A stretch of 32,000 nucleotides of DNA from Tundrisphaera lichenicola (GTDB taxonomy: Bacteria > Planctomycetota > Planctomycetia > Isosphaerales > Isosphaeraceae): positions 1,658,562-1,690,561 of the forward strand of contig NZ_CP195106.1 in the NCBI RefSeq assembly GCF_051175385.1, written 5' to 3'. The position numbers and the translations under genes were made by a program. The notes under the pieces were generated by a model. It did no database searches, had not been told where the DNA came from, and was given only the letters and a program-made list of their open reading frames with translations. Below are positions 27,409-32,000 of the stretch, piece after piece. Each line of letters starts with the position of its first letter. Within the stretch, counting starts at the first letter, position 1.

Positions 27409-28271
27409 AGGAGCCCCGAGGTGTTGGGCCAGATCGCGTAGTAAGCGGCGTTCCAGAAGATCCCGATGACGAAGTCGAGGAAGAGGATCGCGATGAAAGA
27501 GAAGACGAACGCCTCGGTCGCCGCCTTGCCCACGCCCTCGGCACCCGCCTTGGAATGGAAACCCCGGTGGCAACTGATCAGCGCGATCGCCGAACCGAAG
27601 AAGTAACTCTTGAAGACACCGGCCATCAAGTCGAGCCCGCCGACATATTGCCTCGAATGATACCAGTAGGCATACGAGTCGACCTTCATCAATTGCGTGC
27701 TGACCACAGCCCCGCCTATCACTCCCATGAAGTCGGCCATCAGCGTGAGCAGGGGGATCAGCAGGACGCAGGCCAGGAAACGGGGGACGACCAGGTAATT
27801 GATCGGGTTGGTCCCCAAAGCGGAGAGGGCATCGATCTGTTCCGTGACTCGCATCGTGCCCAACTCGGCAGCCATCGACGACCCGACCCGACCGGCGAGC
27901 ATCGTCGCCGCCAGGACCGGACCTAGCTCCTTGACCAGTGAGATGTTGATCACCGACCCGAGCCGGCTTTCCAGGCCCATCATCGCGAACTGACTGTGGG
28001 CCTGGACGGCCAATACCATACCGATGAAAGTCCCCGTAATGGCGACCACCGGGACGCTCTCTACGCCGATCGCGTAGAAGTTCGGTACCAGGACCGACCA
28101 GCGAGGTCGCCGACGCAACATCCAGCCGATGGTCCAGCCCGAAAACTGCGCCAATCCGCCGATCTCCACGATCGCGTTCAGGACCTGTTCGCCAAGTCGA
28201 GTGACCGGCGTGGTACCTGACGGCGAACCCGGCGCATTGCCGGCCTGAGCTGGGGGAGCGGCGATGGCCAT
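27405..28271 (-). CDS. mlaE: ABC transporter permease, MlaE type
   Basis: 288-aa ORF with MlaE-family patterns ([21 protein letters not shown]) and multiple TM helices. Confidence 0.9.
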   Translation of the reverse strand: MAIAAPPAQAGNAPGSPSGTTPVTRLGEQVLNAIVEIGGLAQFSGWTIGWMLRRRPRWSVLVPNFYAIGVESVPVVAITGTFIGMVLAVQAHSQFAMMGLESRLGSVINISLVKELGPVLAATMLAGRVGSSMAAELGTMRVTEQIDALSALGTNPINYLVVPRFLACVLLIPLLTLMADFMGVIGGAVVSTQLMKVDSYAYWYHSRQYVGGLDLMAGVFKSYFFGSAIALISCHRGFHSKAGAEGVGKAATEAFVFSFIAILFLDFVIGIFWNAAYYAIWPNTSGLL

Positions 28272-28403
28272 CGGGCTTCACTCCTTTGAGGCCCCCAGAC
28301 TCGGCGGGGGCCGGTCGGATCGCCCGGGCGGGTTGGCGATCGAGGGGGAACGAGGCCCTTCCGTTGGGTCTTCGTCATTCTGGCGAATCGCGAGGAAAAG
28401 GCA

Positions 28404-28418
28404 ACCCCGACCCGGGGT
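28404..28418 (-). terminator. Candidate intrinsic terminator after accA
   Basis: Minus-strand RNA ACCCCG-GGU-CGGGGU followed by UGCCUUUUCCUC, located 5 nt after the accA stop. Confidence 0.5.
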
Positions 28419-28422
28419 GACC

Positions 28423-29424
28423 TCAAGTCTCGGGAGAAAGCTCCTCGATGAAACTCCCCATTTTACGGAACTTCTCATAGCGACGGTTCAGGAGTTCCTC
28501 GCGAGGGAGTTCATCGAGTTCGCGAAGGGTTCGGATCAGGAAGGCCTTGATGGCGGACGCTGCGCCTCGATGATCCCGGTGTGCCCCACCCAGGGGCTCG
28601 GGGACGACTTCGTCGATGATCCCGAATCGAAGGAGGTCGCGACCGGTGAACTTCAGAGCCTCGGCGGCCTTGGGGGCGTGCTCGGCTCCCTTCCAGAGGA
28701 TGGTGGCGCATCCTTCCGGGCTGATGACCGAATAGTAGGCGTGCTCCATCATCGCGACGCGGTCGCCGAGTCCGATCCCGATGGCCCCGCCCGAACCACC
28801 CTCGCCGATCACGAGGCAAACGATCGGCGTGTCGAACCGGCTCATCGCCATCAAGGCCTCGGCGATGACCAGGGCCACGCCTCGTTCCTCGGCGGCGATT
28901 CCGGGATAGGCCCCGGGAGTATCGATGAAAGAGATGATCGGCAAGCCGAACTTGGCCGCCATTTTCATCTTATGGATGGCCTTGCGATATCCCTCGGGAT
29001 GAGCACAGCCGAAATTGCTCGAGGTCCGTTCCGCCAGGGTCCGGCCCTTCTGATGCCCGACGAACATCACCTTCTCGTCCCCCAGGTGGGCCAGGCCGGT
29101 CACGATGGCCTGGTCGTCCCCGATGGCCCGGTCGCCATGTAGCTCGACGAAGCGATCGAACACCAGTTCGAGATAGTCGCGAGTCTGGGGTCGGTTCTGG
29201 TGTCGAGAGACCCGGACGGTCTGCCAGGGGTCGAGGTTGGCGAAGATGGATCGCTTGAGATTGGCCAGCTCGCGGCGCATCCGGCGAATTGATTCGGCCG
29301 AGTGGGTTGAAGTTTCGGAGCCCGACTTCTGGTCGGCGTAAAGTGCCTCCATCTCGGCCAGTCGAGTCTCCAGCTCGTAGATCGGGGCCTCGAAGGGAAG
29401 GCGATGCTCGCTGACGCTGGCCAT
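28423..29424 (-). CDS. accA: Acetyl-CoA carboxylase carboxyltransferase subunit alpha
   Basis: Motifs LPFEAPIYELETRLAEME, HGDRAIGDD, FGCAHPEGYRKA and IDTPGAYPGIAAEERG. ATG 29424 is preferred; GTG 29430 is an alternative start. Confidence 0.95.
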   Translation of the reverse strand: MASVSEHRLPFEAPIYELETRLAEMEALYADQKSGSETSTHSAESIRRMRRELANLKRSIFANLDPWQTVRVSRHQNRPQTRDYLELVFDRFVELHGDRAIGDDQAIVTGLAHLGDEKVMFVGHQKGRTLAERTSSNFGCAHPEGYRKAIHKMKMAAKFGLPIISFIDTPGAYPGIAAEERGVALVIAEALMAMSRFDTPIVCLVIGEGGSGGAIGIGLGDRVAMMEHAYYSVISPEGCATILWKGAEHAPKAAEALKFTGRDLLRFGIIDEVVPEPLGGAHRDHRGAASAIKAFLIRTLRELDELPREELLNRRYEKFRKMGSFIEELSPET

Positions 29425-29490
29425 GACCACCGAGTCCTTGGTTCGACCGTAATCGTTCCCGAGTCATCCTCGGGTGGGCTGGGAATTAGT

Positions 29491-30429
29491 TCAAAAATCG
29501 CGATGGAAATCGATGGGCGGGTCGGTCTCGAAGATCCGAATCTTGGCGAACCGAGCGATGAATTCGTGAAGTGTTTGCGGGCGGTCGGCAGGTTTCTTCC
29601 GAATCATTTCGAGGATCAGGTCGGAAAATTCCTTGGTGATGTTCTTGTTGAATGAGGTCGGTGGCAGAGGGGCTTCGCGAATATGCTTGTTTAGTAGTTC
29701 GTTCTCGGAGTTGGCCCGGAACGGTTGCCGACCGCAGGCCAGCTCGTAACAAGTGATGCCAAAACTATAAACATCGGCGGTCGGGGCGGGTGATTCGCAA
29801 AGGATCTGTTCGGGCGACATGTAACTCTTGGTCCCCTGACGGGGTATCTTCAGCCCCAGCAGCTTGCCGATTGCCGAGACGGGGCGACGTGTCAGCGTGT
29901 AATCAATCACGCGGACCTCGCCGGTTTTGTTGCACATGATATTTTCGGGCTTCACGTCCCTGTGAATCCAGCCTTTGTCGTTCATGTAGGCGAGGCCCGA
30001 GGCGGCCTGGGTCAAGATCCGGTGAAGGCTGCCCTTGAGAACGGGGAAATCCTTGGGTCGGTGCAAGGCCAGACGGAGTTGAAATCCGGAGAAATAATCC
30101 ATCACGAAATAGGGCTGTTCGCGGTCCTTCACGAAATGGTGGACCTTGATCAAATTTGGGTGGTGCAACTCCTGGCCCAATTTCGCCTCGAACTCGAAAG
30201 CTCGTCGTTCGGACGGGTCGATTCCGCGGGACGCGATCAACTGTTTGATCGCGAATCGGCGGTTGCTCGATTCATGGAGGACTTCCATGACGACCGAGGT
30301 CGATCCGGGATAGATCGTGCGGATATACTTGTAATCCCCGATCCGCTCGTCACTGGTCGTGTTGATCGCCACGAGCAAGACTCCCGACCGCGATGCTGAA
30401 CGATGGTCAAGCCGCGATGGATGCGGCAC
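29491..30429 (-). CDS. Ser/Thr protein kinase, kinase domain only, atypical motifs
   Basis: It has the VAIK-type Lys (FAIKQL), catalytic loop HRDVKPENI and activation-segment end SPE. The Gly-rich loop is degenerate (YPGSTSVV) and DFG is replaced by DYT. The start is uncertain: GTG 30429 is the longest option and there is no upstream ATG. Confidence 0.8.
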   Translation of the reverse strand: MPHPSRLDHRSASRSGVLLVAINTTSDERIGDYKYIRTIYPGSTSVVMEVLHESSNRRFAIKQLIASRGIDPSERRAFEFEAKLGQELHHPNLIKVHHFVKDREQPYFVMDYFSGFQLRLALHRPKDFPVLKGSLHRILTQAASGLAYMNDKGWIHRDVKPENIMCNKTGEVRVIDYTLTRRPVSAIGKLLGLKIPRQGTKSYMSPEQILCESPAPTADVYSFGITCYELACGRQPFRANSENELLNKHIREAPLPPTSFNKNITKEFSDLILEMIRKKPADRPQTLHEFIARFAKIRIFETDPPIDFHRDF

Positions 30430-30702
30430 GTATTCGGGGGCGATCCAATATGGCGGCTTATCGAAATCGCGATTCGATCCGGATGGGGCTCGTCTACGGA
30501 CTTATACCTTAACAATTACCCGATAGGTCAGCAACTTCACCGGGTCTTCTCGGAAGATCGGCGGCACATCATTCCGATCGCTACAACGAACGACCCAGCT
30601 TCCTACGGAATTACTCGAGTCGCGTGACGAAAGACTCCCGTAGATCCGACCAAATTCGGGGGCTCGATCGATCAAAACTTGGTCCCAGGTTTCGATAAAA
30701 GC

Positions 30703-30730
30703 TTGATTTCTGGTAAAATTCGACTATAGC
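30703..30730 (+). promoter_or_regulatory. Candidate sigma70-like promoter for the efflux adaptor gene
   Basis: TTGATT (30703..30708), a 16-nt spacer, then TATAGC (30725..30730), in the AT-richest part of the 368-bp spacer. This is pattern match only. Confidence 0.25.
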
Positions 30731-30797
30731 GATGGGCAAGTTTCGGGTTACATGACAGGACTCGTGGTGAGATCTCGGTTTAGGGGGCCTTTTGACC

Positions 30798-32000
30798 ATG
30801 GCGAGTTCCCTCAAAGACGAACTAGCCTCCCTGAAGATCGATCGGGGTCGCTCCGAGTTTGGTGGAGCAACCCGATCGCGGAGGACTTCACCCCGGGGTC
30901 GGGGTTTTGACGGCGGGAGCCTGGGCCTTCGCCTTCTCTCATACGTGTTGTGGTTGATCCCACTCACTCTACTCGGCGTCGGCGGGACCTTCGCTTACAA
31001 GCAGTATCAGCAGATCCGGTCCAAGCCCGAGGTCCAGATCGGCCTGATCCAGACCATGACGACCGGAGAGGCCGAGAAGCTTTTGAGCGCCAAGGGTTAC
31101 CTCGAGTCGCGCAATCAGGCCATGATCGGGGCCAAGGTTCCCGGCCGGGTCCTGGAGCTTCACGCCGAGGAAGGCAACAAGGTCGAGAAAGGTCAACTTC
31201 TCGCGGTCCTCGAACATAACGACCTCGACGCCCAGCACGAATCCCGGATAGCGATGGCCGCCCGCTCCAAAGCGGATGTCGAGGAAGCCCGATCCGACCT
31301 GGAATACAAAAAAACCAAGGCCGATCGAGCCCGACGACTCCACAACAAGGGGATGTCGGTCTCGATCGAAGAATTACAGCAGGCGACCTCGGCCGTGGAA
31401 ATGGCGGAGGCTCACCTGGCCTCGCTGGAGGCCTCGGCCCGGCTCCAGGATTCGCAGGTCCATGAGGTAGAGGAAGCCATCCGAAATATGAGCATTTTCG
31501 CGCCGTTCGACGGTACGGTTGTCGAGCGGGCTGCCGAGATCGGCGAGATGATCACCGGGGGCGGGATGGGATCCGGACTCTCGATCGGCCGTTCCTCCGT
31601 CCTGACGCTGGCGAACCTCGATCGAATGGATGTCGACACCGACGTGGCCGAAAACCTCCTCTCGCGGATCACGATCGGTCAGCCAGCCGAGATCTCCGTC
31701 AGCGCGGTCCCGAGCAAGCATTACCGCGGACGTCTCCGGCAGATCATCCCGATCAGCGACCGGGCCAGGGGAACGGTCAAGGTGAAGGTCGAGATCCTCG
31801 ATCCCGATGAACATCTCTTCCCGGAGCTGGTCGCGACCGTTCACTTCCTGCCCGACAAAGCCCACCAGGGTCCCGATGTGGGAAAGTCTCACCTGTTCGT
31901 GCCCAAGGCCGCACTCTTCGAGGAGGGCGGCCACACCAACGTCTGGAAGTTGGACGCCAAGAACGTCCTCAAGAAGACGAGGGTCGAGGTCGTCGAGTCC
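30798..32000 (+). CDS. Efflux transporter periplasmic adaptor (HlyD/MacA-type membrane fusion protein), 3' end beyond the window
   Basis: It is absent from the ORF track because no stop is reached. ATG 30798 opens 401 uninterrupted codons to the window end. It has a TM anchor (LLSYVLWLIPLTLLGVGG), a lipoyl-like motif (GAKVPGRVLELHAEEGNKVEKGQLLAVLE), a coiled-coil hairpin and a beta-barrel region (IFAPFDGTVV). Confidence 0.85.
   Translation, partial: MASSLKDELASLKIDRGRSEFGGATRSRRTSPRGRGFDGGSLGLRLLSYVLWLIPLTLLGVGGTFAYKQYQQIRSKPEVQIGLIQTMTTGEAEKLLSAKGYLESRNQAMIGAKVPGRVLELHAEEGNKVEKGQLLAVLEHNDLDAQHESRIAMAARSKADVEEARSDLEYKKTKADRARRLHNKGMSVSIEELQQATSAVEMAEAHLASLEASARLQDSQVHEVEEAIRNMSIFAPFDGTVVERAAEIGEMITGGGMGSGLSIGRSSVLTLANLDRMDVDTDVAENLLSRITIGQPAEISVSAVPSKHYRGRLRQIIPISDRARGTVKVKVEILDPDEHLFPELVATVHFLPDKAHQGPDVGKSHLFVPKAALFEEGGHTNVWKLDAKNVLKKTRVEVVES

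Noticed and set aside
27409-28281. N-terminal 290 residues of the 564-aa ORF 26587..28281.
   Set aside because: This part overlaps mlaE in another frame and has no ABC-ATPase features. The MlaF domain starts at ATG 27408, which overlaps the mlaE stop.
30611-30967. 118-aa minus-strand ORF in the kinase / efflux-adaptor spacer.
   Set aside because: It overlaps the well-supported adaptor gene start by about 170 nt. It is Arg/Pro/Ser-rich and has no recognisable start context.
1-32000. Searched the intergenic regions for tRNA-Sec or other tRNAs, selA/selB, CRISPR repeats, and toxin-antitoxin or defence-system genes.
   Set aside because: No T-loop-like GGTTCGA box in an intergenic context, no UCA-anticodon cloverleaf, no regularly spaced direct repeats and no recognisable defence-gene motifs were seen. 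The Sec-decoding machinery must be encoded elsewhere.

Overview
This is a GC-rich bacterial chromosomal segment. Gene content and protein style suggest Planctomycetota, but that is inference only. I support 26 protein-coding genes, one insertion sequence and several RNA hairpins. I recognised no rRNA, tRNA or CRISPR array. Most of the window is housekeeping: clpC, an MMPL transporter with a TPR partner, aroF-tpiA-secG, yicC-gmk-rpoZ, ftsK, an MFS transporter, mlaEFD, accA, a Ser/Thr kinase and a 3'-truncated efflux adaptor. The main thing the ORF track hides is selenocysteine recoding. Three minus-strand genes are each split by an in-frame TGA followed by a SECIS-like hairpin. They are a Tat-exported FdnG-type formate dehydrogenase catalytic subunit (8806..12066), selenophosphate synthetase SelD (21903..22961) and a 79-codon Rdx/SelW-like CxxU protein (22988..23227) that no listed ORF covers as a whole. 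The Rdx and selD genes lie in a tight co-directional cluster between an AI-2E-family permease and a Tat-signal protein I cannot assign to any family. I flag this cluster as the best candidate for an undescribed selenium-handling module. That link is inference from gene adjacency only. The formate dehydrogenase subunit has no adjacent Fe-S or cytochrome b partner genes. A 1455-bp ISKra4-like IS (6655..8109) has a 9-bp target-site duplication. Its transposase changes frame on a GAG-AAA-AAG slippery-like run. All family calls come from motif recognition by eye. No alignment, covariance-model or database search could be run.
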